The notes: generated from the sequence alone by a model not told the origin. Positions 1 through 12,387 are shown, counted from the stretch's first letter. The stretch is 44,050 nucleotides of DNA from Octopus bimaculoides (GCF_001194135.2 NC_068986.1:33680132-33724181); one strand, 5' to 3'. Numbers and translations: made by a program.

Positions 1-42
<42 letters not shown>

Positions 43-163
43 TTAAATACATACGCACACACACATACATATATACATATATATGCATGCATATACATAT
101 AAATATGAGTTATGTATACATATACATACATGTATATATACATCTATATATATCTACATGTAG

Positions 164-196
<33 letters not shown>

Positions 197-200
197 TGAG
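1..200. repeat. Compound (TA)n/(CA)n/(TATG)n microsatellite
   Basis: Directly visible. Confidence 0.95.
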
Positions 201-738
201 TTATACATCGTCCTATCTCGTGTCGCAATTCGGTTGGCCATTTTTGCACTATCATTGTTCTTCTTCTGCAACTTCTCTTTGAATAAGTAGTAGTAGTTAA
301 GGGGATGACACAGAAAGGGAGAAATAGAGAGAGCATCATTAGTTAACAAGTGCATCACAACACAGTTTTAAACCAAACCTTGCCCGCAAAATTAAACAGC
401 AACAACGGAAGGAACAATAACAGAAACAAAAATAAATAAAGAAAAACAACAAGAATAAGGAAAGTTTAACTGTTACTTGTCATGGGTTAAATATAATAGA
501 ACAATAATAACAACAATAATATGATATATAATCATATGATAATATTAATAAAAGTACTCCCATGAATGTATATCTGTAAACTTTCATACTCCGAATACCC
601 ATCCCCCACATCAAAACAAACAAAAAACACATAAAAATAAAAAAAGAAATCTTAAATAAATAAATGATTCAGCATTAAAAAAAGAAAAAAAAAAGAAAAA
701 ATCGATACCAAATTCGAAACAAAATCAAAAGAATTACA

Positions 739-782
<44 letters not shown>

Positions 783-793
783 TGATGATGATG

Positions 794-858
<65 letters not shown>
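739..858. repeat. (AAT)n with (GAT)n interruption, running into a gap
   Basis: Directly visible. Confidence 0.95.
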
Positions 859-1885
859 NNNNNNNNNNNNNNNNNNNNNNNNNNNNNNNNNNNNNNNNNN
901 NNNNNNNNNNNNNNNNNNNNNNNNNNNNNNNNNNNNNNNNNNNNNNNNNNNNNNNNNNNNNNNNNNNNNNNNNNNNNNNNNNNNNNNNNNNNNNNNNNNN
1001 NNNNNNNNNNNNNNNNNNNNNNNNNNNNNNNNNNNNNNNNNNNNNNNNNNNNNNNNNNNNNNNNNNNNNNNNNNNNNNNNNNNNNNNNNNNNNNNNNNNN
1101 NNNNNNNNNNNNNNNNNNNNNNNNNNNNNNNNNNNNNNNNNNNNNNNNNNNNNNNNNNNNNNNNNNNNNNNNNNNNNNNNNNNNNNNNNNNNNNNNNNNN
1201 NNNNNNNNNNNNNNNNNNNNNNNNNNNNNNNNNNNNNNNNNNNNNNNNNNNNNNNNNNNNNNNNNNNNNNNNNNNNNNNNNNNATAGATTGATGGGCTAC
1301 AATCATAAAAACAACAACAGGCACATGAGAAAACAAAAAAATACAAATAATGAGATTAAAAAAAAACCAATATCAAGTCAAATAAATAGAGTATATTTAA
1401 ATTCTTATAAAAAGTTTATTTTAGGTCTTTCAGAAAGAAACGAATGATTCCATTTTTGAATAGTCTGATGGACTGTCTGTCTCTTGGACTCCACAGTGAA
1501 GCGTACAAGCATTATGACGGATAATGATCCTTTATATACTGTTTTATGTATATGTGTATTCTATTCATCTGTTTAAGAATATATATGTGTGTGTATGTGT
1601 GTGCCTTTGTATGTATTTAGGTAGGTATGTAGGTCGACATACATGTGCTTTTGTAGATATGTAGTAAAAGTATGTATGTATGTATGTATGTATGTATGTA
1701 TGTATGTATGTGCCAATGCAGGTATCAATGTAAACTTCTGACTGTGAAAGTGTCTGTGCATACAATGTGGTATTTATATGCACATTATACATCTATGTGT
1801 GTGTGTGTGTGTGTGAATGTATACATGGGACACATCTATGTGTAAATGTATATGTAGAAATGCCTGTGTATGTTTGTATTTATGT

Positions 1886-1972
<87 letters not shown>

Positions 1973-2451
1973 NNNNNNNNNNNNNNNNNNNNNNNNNNNN
2001 NNNNNNNNNNNNNNNNNNNNNNNNNNNNNNNNNNNNNNNNNNNNNNNNNNNNNNNNNNNNNNNNNNNNNNNNNNNNNNNNNNNNNNNNNNNNNNNNNNNN
2101 NNNNNNNNNNNNNNNNNNNNNNNNNNNNNNNNNNNNNNNNNNNNNNNNNNNNNNNNNNNNNNNNNNNNNNNNNNNNNNNNNNNNNNNNNNNNNNNNNNNN
2201 NNNNNNNNNNNNNNNNNNNNNNNNNNNNNNNNNNNNNNNNNNNNNNNNNNNNNNNNNNNNNNNNNNNNNNNNNNNNNNNNNNNNNNNNNATGAAAAGATG
2301 GACAATGTCTTCGTCGTCATCAAACGAAACTTCGAAGTTGTTAACCTTTTCCTAGCTAATGTTAATAAATACCCTGCTAAAAAGTATGGAATAATTCTTT
2401 AGTCTATGCATATTATTTCACGTTAAACATTAATAATATAAGTACATATGT

Positions 2452-2661
2452 GAGGCAGTGATCTGGCAGAATCGTTAGCACGCTGGGCGAAATGCTTAGT
2501 AGTATTTCGTCTGTCTTCATGTTCTGAGTTCAAATTCCGCCGTGGTCGACTTTGCTTTTCATCCTTTCGGGGTCGATAAATTAACTACTAGTTGTGCACT
2601 GGGATCGATCTAATCGACTACCCCCTCCCCCAAAATTTCGTGCATTGTGCCTAGAGTAAAA
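2452..2661 (+). mobile_element. tRNA-derived SINE, 'family A' (copy 1 of a tandem cluster)
   Basis: Head ggcagaatcgttagcacg...gttctgagttcaaattccgcc and central motif ttgcttttcatcctttcggggtcgataaattaa...ctgggatcgatctaatcgact. Homologous copies occur at 2662, 15133, 15577, 21492, 36628 and 40141 in this window. Confidence 0.85.
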
Positions 2662-2865
2662 CAGAATCGTTAGCACGCCGGACTAAATGCTTAGCGGCAA
2701 TTCGTCCCGTATTTTCGCTCTCAGTTTAAATGTCACCAGCGTCGAATTAGTCATTCATTACTTCCGGCTCGATAAAATAAGTACCAGTTGCCCACTGGGG
2801 TTGGTGTAATCGGCTTAACCCCTCCCCAGACATTGCTAGTCTTGTGCCAAAATTTGAAATCAATA
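2662..2865 (+). mobile_element. tRNA-derived SINE, family A (diverged, 5'-clipped, abuts previous copy)
   Basis: cagaatcgttagcacgccgg...tcgataaaataagtaccagttg...ctggggttggtgtaatcggc aligns by eye to 2452-2661. Confidence 0.8.
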
Positions 2866-2876
2866 TATGTACAAAT

Positions 2877-3040
2877 AGGCGCAGGAGTGGCTGTGTGGTA
2901 AGTAGCTTGCTTACCAACTACATGGTTCAGGGTTCAGCTCCACTGCGTGGCACCTTGGGCAAGTGTCTTCTGCTATAGCCTCGGGCCGACCAAAGCCTTG
3001 TGGGTGCATTTGGTAGACGGAAACTGAAAGAAACCCGTCG

Positions 3041-3075
<35 letters not shown>

Positions 3076-3228
3076 GTGTGTGNNNNNNNNNNNNNNNNNN
3101 NNNNNNNNNNNNNNNNNNNNNNNNNNNNNNNNNNNNNNNNNNNNNNNNNNNNNNNNNNNNNNNNNNNNNNNNNNNNNNNNNNNNNNNNNNNNNNNNNNNN
3201 NNNNNNNNNNNNNNNNNNNNNNNNNNNN

Positions 3229-3283
<55 letters not shown>

Positions 3284-3480
3284 TGTGTTTGTCCCTCCAA
3301 CATCGCTTGACAACTGATGCTGGTGTGTTTACGTCCCCGTAACTTAGCGGTTCGGCAAAAAGAGACCGATAGAATAAGTACTGGGTTTACAAAGAATAAA
3401 TCTTGGGGTCGATTTGCTCGACTAAAAAGGTGGTGCTCCAGCATGGCCGCAGTCAAATGGCTGAAACAAGTAAAAGAGTA
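2877..3480 (+). mobile_element. Composite SINE 'family B': tRNA-like head plus CORE-like segment, internal (TA)n/(TG)n with gap, then 3' module
   Basis: A-box-like TGGCTGTGTGG, B-box-like GGTTCAGCTCC and CORE-like ccttgggcaagtgtcttc. The 3' module 3282-3480 has homologues at 14662-14860 (-) and 37369-37568 (+). The link across the gap 3083-3228 is assumed. Confidence 0.8.
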
Positions 3481-4115
3481 TATTCTCTACTCGTCTCTGA
3501 AACAGACAGACAGACAGACAGACTCACGTACGCTCGTGCATACATACATACGCAAGTTGCTGAAAGTGCCCACATTTCTTCCTGTGATAGCATTTTCTGT
3601 GGAGTACAACATTAATGAACTTCTCTTACACGTTGTATTGGTAAAAATAAAATCGTTTCCTTCAATCTGAATTGGAATCTCGTGTGTAATGTACCTTCTT
3701 ACGCTCTGCATTGAGCGTTACAGCATATTTTGTAAATTGAGTTGCGTAAATGGAAAATGGTTAATTCACTATTAAATATGAATGCAGGATTAAGTGAAAG
3801 TGAAAAGTTTTATTCCATTGAATACTGCTATTGAATATAAAATGTTATTTTTCATTCTTGAAATTCTTTAATTCTTAAAATTGCATGAAGTATTGTTAAG
3901 AAATAGGCTGTCAGGAGTTAAGCCACCCATGAAAATAATGTTATTCTCATAGCGTGCTTAAACTGGGATGACGAGAGGAAATCTACACTTTCGAATATTG
4001 GAAACGCAATGCATACAGCGGCGATACAAAAATGATATCGTGGTTTGTGATGAACCCCCAGCTTATATGATATTCAATTTGTACCCATCAGAGCTTTGGA
4101 AATTATGAAAATTCT

Positions 4116-4680
4116 TGCCAATACATCAGGATACTCAATAGTTTTGGGTTTACCAGCAGACATAAGTATCGATATTACAGAAGCTTCCATTTCTTGAACA
4201 TTCTACCTAAAATTCGTCATAAGGAAAGCGGGACTCCTCATGATACATTCCTGAAACTATTGATGGGATTTATGGATAAACATGGCAAAGCTTAGTCTAA
4301 CTGGAATCCGAGGTTTTCTAAATCATAACGACACATCTGTTGACATGAGTGGATTTCTGAATATAATTGCGTCTTCTTTGAGCATCCAATGAGTAAAATA
4401 GTCTGACCTAAAACAATAGGTTAAGCTTTTTAACCAAGTGTCTTGTGCCATTCATACTGAAGCATCTAACAACTTCAACATTGCTTTAGTGAAGAATCGT
4501 AGAAAGAAACGTTCATGTTAACAAGTGTGTACAGAATACACTCTTCAAATAACACTGTCAAAATTAATGAGATACTAACCTTCAGCTGAAACTTCTTACT
4601 TTCTCTTTAGAGAATGAATCTACCGGGGACTGCAATGTTTTTTCAAGATCATATCTACAGATATTTTAAAGAAAGTACAG
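4116..4680 (-). mobile_element. Degenerate Helitron PIF1-like helicase C-terminal fragment
   Basis: Minus-strand pieces with stops and frameshifts: FFKISVD, FQLKVSISLIL, NGTRHLVKKL (4423-4452), KEDAIIFRNPLMSTDVSL*FRKPRIPVRLSFAMFIHKSHQ, FPYDEF*VECSRNG, GKPKTIEYPDVL. These follow the order of recalled Helitron motifs YKSID / LKVG / CNGTRL / IPRIP...QFPVRLAFAMTINKSQG / HGQLYVACSRV / GKTKNIVYPEVL. Confidence 0.85.
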
Positions 4681-5343
4681 CCAGCGCTAATTTTTGCAAC
4701 ATCGTTTCGTATACGAGACGTCAGATATAAACATACAATGAAATCGAAGATGAAAACTGGGTAATGGGCGTATATGCCATATTTGGCAGGGTTTTGCCTC
4801 TTCACCACTACCCACCTAACCCCATTGATTGTCCTCGAACACATTGCTTAAATATCCACTACAAATGGTGGAGTAAAGTTACTGGATATATCAATTTACA
4901 TATCAAACGCGTACCTGGAAGCTAGTACGTAAATACTAATGATTTGTATTTAGTGCTGGCTAAAATTTCTACAGAATGTCTGTAGAAACAACATTAACAA
5001 AATAAAAGCAGAAATTCTATGACTAACTTTGGCGGAGTTAACATTACTGCAAGCAATCGGATCATATCCCATATTTTCTCTCACCGACCATATTTAATGC
5101 GTGCCGACATTGGCTTCCGTTTATTCAAACTGAACATGAGCCGCATTACTTTCACCAGTTTGAGTGGATATGCAGTCATACCAACTGACGCTTCCCTTCT
5201 CATTAATTTCTTTAATAAAATGAAAAAAAACATAAGTAGTGTATTGTTTTCCGAAACTCTAACGATTTCGTTTCCGACTGAGATGCAAAACTCAGGTGCA
5301 TAAGGAGCATGCATATATGTGTGTGCGTGTGTACGTGTATGTA

Positions 5344-5396
<53 letters not shown>

Positions 5397-6238
5397 TATA
5401 CAGAGAAGTAGCTTTTAAAAAAATGATATTTACAGTAAAGGCAAAAATGTTTGAGATGGAAGTAATCAATTGTCGATAATTGTTTTATGCATAACAGAAA
5501 AATATTTATGAAAAAACAGTTCGGTTATTTGGATGTTATAAATGCAAAAGTCCAGACAGAATAGAGAATGACTTTATTTATTAGAGAGATGCAATACAGA
5601 TAAATGCTGTTATATATGTACATAACTATTTTTGATATAGCGTGAAATTAAATAACTTCCAAAGAAACAAGTAAAATATTTACTAGGTCGGAGAATAAAA
5701 ACATTGTTTCTCGCACATGAAAAAAAAATAATCTATTTAGAAGTGCAAAATAGAATTAAAACTAAATGGTTTTGCGCATGCGTAGATTTTTTAAAATTCG
5801 GGTAAGAAAATATACCGAAAAGAATGGAAAAGTACATACTCAATGATCACAATGATATTTGTCATTGATCTGATGTTCTTCCCACACCGGATTACTATTT
5901 ATAATTAGATTTTTGATGCTCACTTCATTAACTGTTTTCACTCTCACGTAACTGTTGTTTTTCATGCGAATGGTGCCTCTGAGTAAATAGCTCCAGTGAA
6001 TTTATATGTTTAAATATTCTAATTTTTCACGCCTAAACATGCACTATATTGCATATCTATTTAACGATTCTCTTGGGATTACTTTAACAAATACGATAAA
6101 CTCTATATATCGCAGATAAGTTCTATTAAGTCTGAGGGACATGTGTAGAGTTATCTCCCGAACTTGCAGAAATTATTATGATAATAATCATTTAATCATT
6201 TAGCTAATGTTATCTTTTCCTCAATATGTACTTATCTC

Positions 6239-6626
6239 TTGAAGTGGAGGCGCAATGGCCCAGTGGTTAGGGCAGCGGACTCGAGGTCATAGGATCGCGG
6301 TTTCGATTCCCAGACCGGGCGTTGTGAGTGTTTATTGAGCGAAAACACCTAAAGCCCCACGAGGCTCCGGCAGGGGATGGTGGCGAACCCTGCTGTACTC
6401 TTTCACCACAACTTTCTCTCACTCTTACTTCCTGCTTCTGTTGTGCCTGTAATTCAAAGGGTCAGCCTTGTCACACTGTGTCACGCTGAATATCCCTGAG
6501 GACTACGTTAAGGCTACACGTGTCTGTGGAGTGCTCAGCCACTTGCACGTTAATTTCACGAGCAGGCTGTTCCGTTGATCGGATCAACTGGAACCCTCGA
6601 CGTCGTAAGCGACGGAGTGCCAACAA
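6239..6626 (+). mobile_element. Near full-length tRNA-derived SINE with 10-bp target-site duplication
   Basis: A box TGGCCCAGTGG, B box GGTTTCGATTCCC, short caacaa tail. The direct repeat TACTTATCTC lies at 6229-6238 and 6627-6636. Confidence 0.9.
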
Positions 6627-6689
6627 TACTTATCTCCCGTTACCTTTTTGAGGCTATTTGCATAGAACAAGTTATATCATGAACTAAAC

Positions 6690-7028
6690 CAGGGGTTCTC
6701 AACCATTTTTTACCTATGGCCCTTTTAATAACTATTTTATTCTGGTGGACCCCCATAGTCATACGATGTTTAAAAACTAGTTTTATAGAAACATCTTTCA
6801 AAATTTCTATTTTGTTATTCACACATTCCCTTGTGCAGGTTGAATTATGTAAAATGTTAGAGAAAGAAACCTAACTGATTCTTGCAATACATACCAAAAC
6901 AGACATCTATTTTTTTTTTACGGGCCCTTAAGAATACAACTGTAGATCCCCAATTTACTATTTTGTTGCATGGACCCCAAAAATCTTTGACCCTCAGGGG
7001 CTACATGAACCCTGGTTGAGAACCACTG
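6690..7028. mobile_element. hAT (Charlie-like) MITE, 339 bp
   Basis: TIRs CAGGGGTTCTCAACCA / TGGTTGAGAACCACTG (1 mismatch in 16). Perfect 8-bp TSD AACTAAAC at 6682-6689 and 7029-7036, which is diagnostic of hAT. No coding capacity. Confidence 0.92.
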
Positions 7029-8078
7029 AACTAAACAAAACAGAAATCTTGAAAGTCGAGAGACTTTAAACCTGTTTGGGCTACATTTCAGCAGCTGCAA
7101 ACCCTTGGTGGTATTGTGAGCTTGCAAAGTAAGGGCAAACATGAAAGGGATATTAAGTGGGTTCTGGATGTTTAGAGGTTATCAAGATTTTATTTAGAAA
7201 TAAAATGGATTGGATCGTTTAAGAAAACACGGATAACGGTTAGTTACACAAAAATAAGCTCTGTGTGAATAGCATAATCTAATGCGATATTTTTGTCAAA
7301 ACTTAAGGTGTGGGTATTTGAAAAACGGCTTTCAACGAAGTGTCTGCTGAGCTACAAATGATTAAGAGACACTGCAGTAAAAGATTAAAATTGATTTGGT
7401 TAGAAGTTTGAAGTTTTAGTTTAAACGCGATGTATGTAATGACTTTTGCTCACTTCGTGATTTAGAATGTTTAGTTAGGGAAGCTGTCTTTAGTATGTAA
7501 TATAATTATAAAGCTTTGTTGATGAGGTCGTAAATGGTGAAGAAAGGACTTTGACAAACTTAGCTGATTGATTAACCGAAAGATAACGCAAACAATCGAT
7601 TAGTTAATTGGTTAAATGTTAACGAATTGACAAATAGAAGAAGTGAAATAGAACCATTGTGTGTGTTACTGGCATAATGACACTCCAGAGATTCAATGAT
7701 AACTAATCCGTACATCTGTGTAATAAAAATGTGAGTTAGATCGTTTGATTGTTTTCATTTTGTTTATTAAAATACGAGAAATCACCAAAGTAGCATTAAA
7801 AGGAGTAATTAAGAAAAAAAAGAAACATGACGAGAATCATTTGAGAACAAATGCAAACAAACTACATAACTCAAGTATCAGTAATACATTTATATATACT
7901 ACAAGTGTTTCTAAATATTACATATGTACTACGTAGACTACTATTAATGCAACAGAAAACACATGAACGAATAGAAAACACAAGTACTCAAGGGCGTACA
8001 TACAGAGCTGCACTCGGATATTGCAGGTTAAACAAACAATAGAAATGAGACTATCGAACAGAATAAAGTCAAATAACA

Positions 8079-8126
<48 letters not shown>

Positions 8127-8292
8127 TTGAAATTATGATTTACAATTTATTAAAGTTTCACATTGTTATAGATGTTTTCTTTGTGGAAAATTATAATGCA
8201 CGAAACGGCGATTTTAATTATCATTCTAATATTTTTAAATTCATAATTAAAATACAAGGTAATTTCCAGTTGATTAAAAGTACTTACTTTCT

Positions 8293-8293
<1 letters not shown>

Positions 8294-8325
<32 letters not shown>

Positions 8326-8329
8326 TCTC

Positions 8330-8414
<85 letters not shown>

Positions 8415-8470
8415 TTATCTATCTATTTATCTCTATCTATATGCACGTACGTAAGTATGTATGTATGTAC
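8294..8470. repeat. Compound (CA)n-(CT)n-(TATC)n-(TATG)n
   Basis: Directly visible. Confidence 0.95.
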
Positions 8471-8479
8471 ATAATCTTC

Positions 8480-9035
8480 TGATTTTAATTACTTAAATTC
8501 TTCCTCCCAAAAAGGAGCTGGCTTCTAACAAATATACAAAGTAATGTCATATTTTAAACTTGAGAAAAGTTTTGCATATTTTTATTGTTCCACTTATAGA
8601 TTGTAATAGTAATGTGCGAGTTGATTCATTTCTTTTTCCGAAAACCCTAGCTTATTCACATTGTCACTTAGGCATTTGCTCACAAAATCAAGTGCACCAA
8701 TTATTAATGATATAAATGTGAATTTATAATCTGGATATAGAAACTGGAGGTTTTCAAGCAGTTGTCCATAGTTATCCACTTCCTCTGATTTTCAAAGAAA
8801 TATTCACGTCAACAGGACAGCTGACCTGTATGTCGGTACAAAGATTTTCTTGTCTATCCCAAATAACAATATCTGACCTGTCATGCTAGGAATGTTCCGC
8901 CATGAATGTTCATTGTGTTGATGCTTGTGTATGCATTCAATAACAGAGGGATTCTCAATATTTATTCCAGGATAGTTTTTTTCGACTTGCATTGCATGTT
9001 GTTTCGAATTGCATGGTATATTGTTATGCCCCCAT
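8480..9035 (-). mobile_element. 3' fragment of an RLE (restriction-like endonuclease) non-LTR retrotransposon, probably R4/Dong- or NeSL-like
   Basis: Frameshifted minus-strand translation TIYHAIR...IHKHQHNEHSWRNIP / HDRSDIVIWDRQENLCTDIQVSCPVDVNIS / KSEEVDNYGQLLENLQFLYPDYKFTFISLIIGALDFVSKCL / LLQSISGTIKICKTFLKFKI* (stop 8547-8549). It shows the RPD-like, E/D..P.D.N, K..KY-like and IGALG-like motifs of RLE domains. Confidence 0.8.
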
Positions 9036-9259
9036 TTTCAAGAAATTGACGAATCGGCAACATTCGTCAATTTCTTTAAAATGGGGTCATAACCCCGAAA
9101 TAATGAATACAAGGAAAGTCAACATTAATTCACATATTTGTTTTCTTGAGATTTATCTTGTATTTATTTCGCATTATTTTGGCCTTCCCCACGATCCTTT
9201 ATACAATATATCCTACACAATGCTTCATAGTAATTATTCTATAATATATATATATATAT

Positions 9260-9450
9260 GGTAAAGACTCCCTTCGGTCATGAATGTCCATAGGATTGCA
9301 CCTAAAACGTTATCCTCCGAGGTACAAGTCCAGGCAAGGTTGTTTATGGAAGATCAGCAATTGCCCATGCATACTATCTACCCCTCTCCCCGCCACCGAT
9401 GTTATCCAAGGGAAGGCAAAGACCGATAGAGCTTAGGACCAGTGACGTCA
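9260..9450 (-). mobile_element. 5'-truncated SINE 3' portion
   Basis: Recognised only from recall of a common octopus repeat (cccttcggtcatgaatg...gatgttatccaaggga...cagtgacgtc). There is no second copy in the window, and the orientation is inferred. Confidence 0.5.
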
Positions 9451-9821
9451 CGTAGGATAGATCGATAATAAGATAGATCGATAGGAACATTTTCTTTTTA
9501 TGCAAAATATGCACCTAATTCAATAAAATTATGAAGGTTACTCTGATTACTATGCATAAAATACAAAATATTTTATTTTATAGATTAGGTAGGCATAATT
9601 CGCCACTGCCTTTCAATCTGAGTATTAAAGCTACGCATAGTACTGCTGTAGTACACATGTTGCATACACTCCTACAACACCGTTTTCTTTACGTACTATA
9701 AAGGCAGAAGTAAATCAGCCCTCAACTCGGTCACGTCCCTATATTCCGCTTATTTTTTTTTTGTTTTACTACATAAAAGTCACCAACTGCCGAGCCTGAG
9801 TAATTACTGACTGCACGTACT

Positions 9822-9904
9822 TTTTATACATATATATATATATATGTATATATATATGTATATATATGTATATATATGTATATGTGTGTGTATATATATA
9901 TATG

Positions 9905-9954
<50 letters not shown>

Positions 9955-10249
9955 TCTGTGTGTGTGTGTGCGAGTATACATATATGTATGTATATGCATA
10001 TATGTATATATTAAGCATGCTTACAAAAGCACATATTTTGGGTATGCAGACAAGGCTTATGCAGAAGAACGTCGAGGGAAACTGAATTTATGAAGCAAGC
10101 AAAAAATAACTGAAGACATCATATTGGAAACAAAAGCTCCTCTTCGTCTTCACTCCGAGTTTTCCGTAACACATTGTATAACAACAACAACAACAAAATA
10201 ATAATAATAATATTCATGATGATCATGATGATGACGGTGATGATGTTGA

Positions 10250-10281
<32 letters not shown>

Positions 10282-10423
10282 TACGATGACGAAGATGATG
10301 ATGATAGTAAAACCATTCATAATAACAATAACCACAACAGCAACAACTATAATAATAATAATGCATTCAGACATTATTGATGACAGAAGTTATGTGTAAT
10401 GTAAGAAGATAATAATGATGACG

Positions 10424-10480
<57 letters not shown>
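9822..10480. repeat. (TA)n/(TG)n block, about 160 bp of unique sequence, then (AAC)/(GAT)/(AAT) trinucleotide low-complexity
   Basis: Directly visible; boundaries approximate. Confidence 0.9.
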
Positions 10481-10483
<3 letters not shown>

Positions 10484-10904
10484 CCAGCAAGAAAAAACAG
10501 AAAGTACTTTAAACAAATAAAACTCACTTTTACCGCAAATATACATATATATATATATGGCGTTTTATTATTTCGCTCTGGAAAATTGTAATGGCGAACA
10601 TAGAAATCTATAAAGGAATATGAAACATATATAAATAAATGTATTTCTGACATAAACAAATACTCCGGAGGCCTGATACTATAGGTTTCGTGGCTGCTGA
10701 ATGATGCTTTTTCTTAGCTTCATACTGGAAAGGCTGTCAAAATGCTTGAAACCATGATAATAATGGTAAATTATAGAGAGTGAGGATCGGGAATACGCTC
10801 TCGTGAAGTTGCTGAGTAAGGGAAACATTGTTCACTGTGGAAACTAAAGAAATCTCTTTTGTGAATCGTATAGACAATAGAACAAAGGATAGATGGATGT
10901 ATGG

Positions 10905-10914
10905 TAGGAGAGAG

Positions 10915-10999
<85 letters not shown>

Positions 11000-11215
11000 T
11001 GTATATATGTGTGTGTTGTTTGTGTATGTATCNNNNNNNNNNNNNNNNNNNNNNNNNNNNNNNNNNNNNNNNNNNNNNNNNNNNNNNNNNNNNNNNNNNN
11101 NNNNNNNNNNNNNNNNNNNNNNNNNNNNNNNNNNNNNNNNNNNNNNNNNNNNNNNNNNNNNNNNNNNNNNNNNNNNNNNNNNNNNNNNNNNNNNNNNNNN
11201 NNNNNNNNNNNNNNN

Positions 11216-11261
<46 letters not shown>

Positions 11262-11358
11262 GTATGTGTGTATGTAAGTATGTGTGTATGTATTTATGCA
11301 ATGAATTTATAGATATTAAAGTTATATAATATAAATATCATGTATATTTGGATACATA

Positions 11359-11407
<49 letters not shown>

Positions 11408-11457
11408 TTTAAACATAGATACACGTATGTACATGTAGATTAGATATATATATATAG

Positions 11458-11527
<70 letters not shown>

Positions 11528-11537
11528 GTAGGTAGAT
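10905..11537. repeat. (GATA)n, gap, (TA)n/(TG)n, (GATA)n block
   Basis: Directly visible. Confidence 0.95.
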
Positions 11538-11565
11538 ATTTTCTCATTCTCTTTTTTGTATTTAG

Positions 11566-11586
11566 TTGAATTCTTCCTAAATAGAG
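11566..11586 (+). CDS. Candidate 21-nt microexon (x-E-F-F-L-N-R-x, phase 1-1)
   Basis: Acceptor ttctcattctcttttttgtatttAG, donor GAG|GTGAGC, length a multiple of 3, and only one of three frames is free of stops. No transcript evidence. Confidence 0.35.
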
Positions 11587-12259
11587 GTGAGCTGGTTTCT
11601 ATCAGGAAAACAGAAGCTCTAACACTAGAATTTGGATAACTCCAGCGATAATTATTATACATTGAACTTCAGGACAGTGTTGCATATTTTAACGTTGCAC
11701 TTGTAAATGGTATCAATTGTTTGTTAGCACTCCTCTTTCTATGCTTGAAAACTCTCGCTTGTTCAGGTTGTCGCTTAGGCATATATTAACATAAAACAAG
11801 AGCGCCGTTTATTACTGGTATAAATGTTAATTTATATCCCGAGTAGAATAGAAACAAGATATATCTAGTGGAAGTGAAATGTAAGAAGACAATCAATGTT
11901 TGAATTATATATAATGGTGGGTATATATTAGCTGCTCAGGCACAATTATCGATTTTTTTGTCAATGCCATATAATGACATCAACTCACTGCCATGACCCT
12001 CGCTCACTCATCGATTTTCATCAAAATCCGACAAAAGATGCAAAAGCTGCAGGAAATATAACAACGTTAAGGGAATTTCCATTCAAACGCCCGCACCCGA
12101 TTGAGCTCACAAAAGTCGATACCAACTGAGCATTATCGATCTTTCGAAACATTCCAGCCTTATTTGAACTTCAGGGCATGTAATCTACCTATGTGCCAAA
12201 AAGCATGGAAGGTGTGGGAGGGATTTGAACATGGTAGTGGTCGTAGTGCTGGTTGCGAT

Positions 12260-12335
12260 AATGATGATGACGACGTAAGCGATGACCGAGACGACGCTCG
12301 CTAAAAGCGATTGCGATGATGATGATGATGACGAC

Positions 12336-12387
<52 letters not shown>

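Noticed and set aside
6245-6320. tRNA gene call for SINE heads (also 34773-34840 and 39690-39757)
   Set aside because: A and B boxes are present, but I see no complete acceptor stem or cloverleaf and the sequences continue into SINE bodies.
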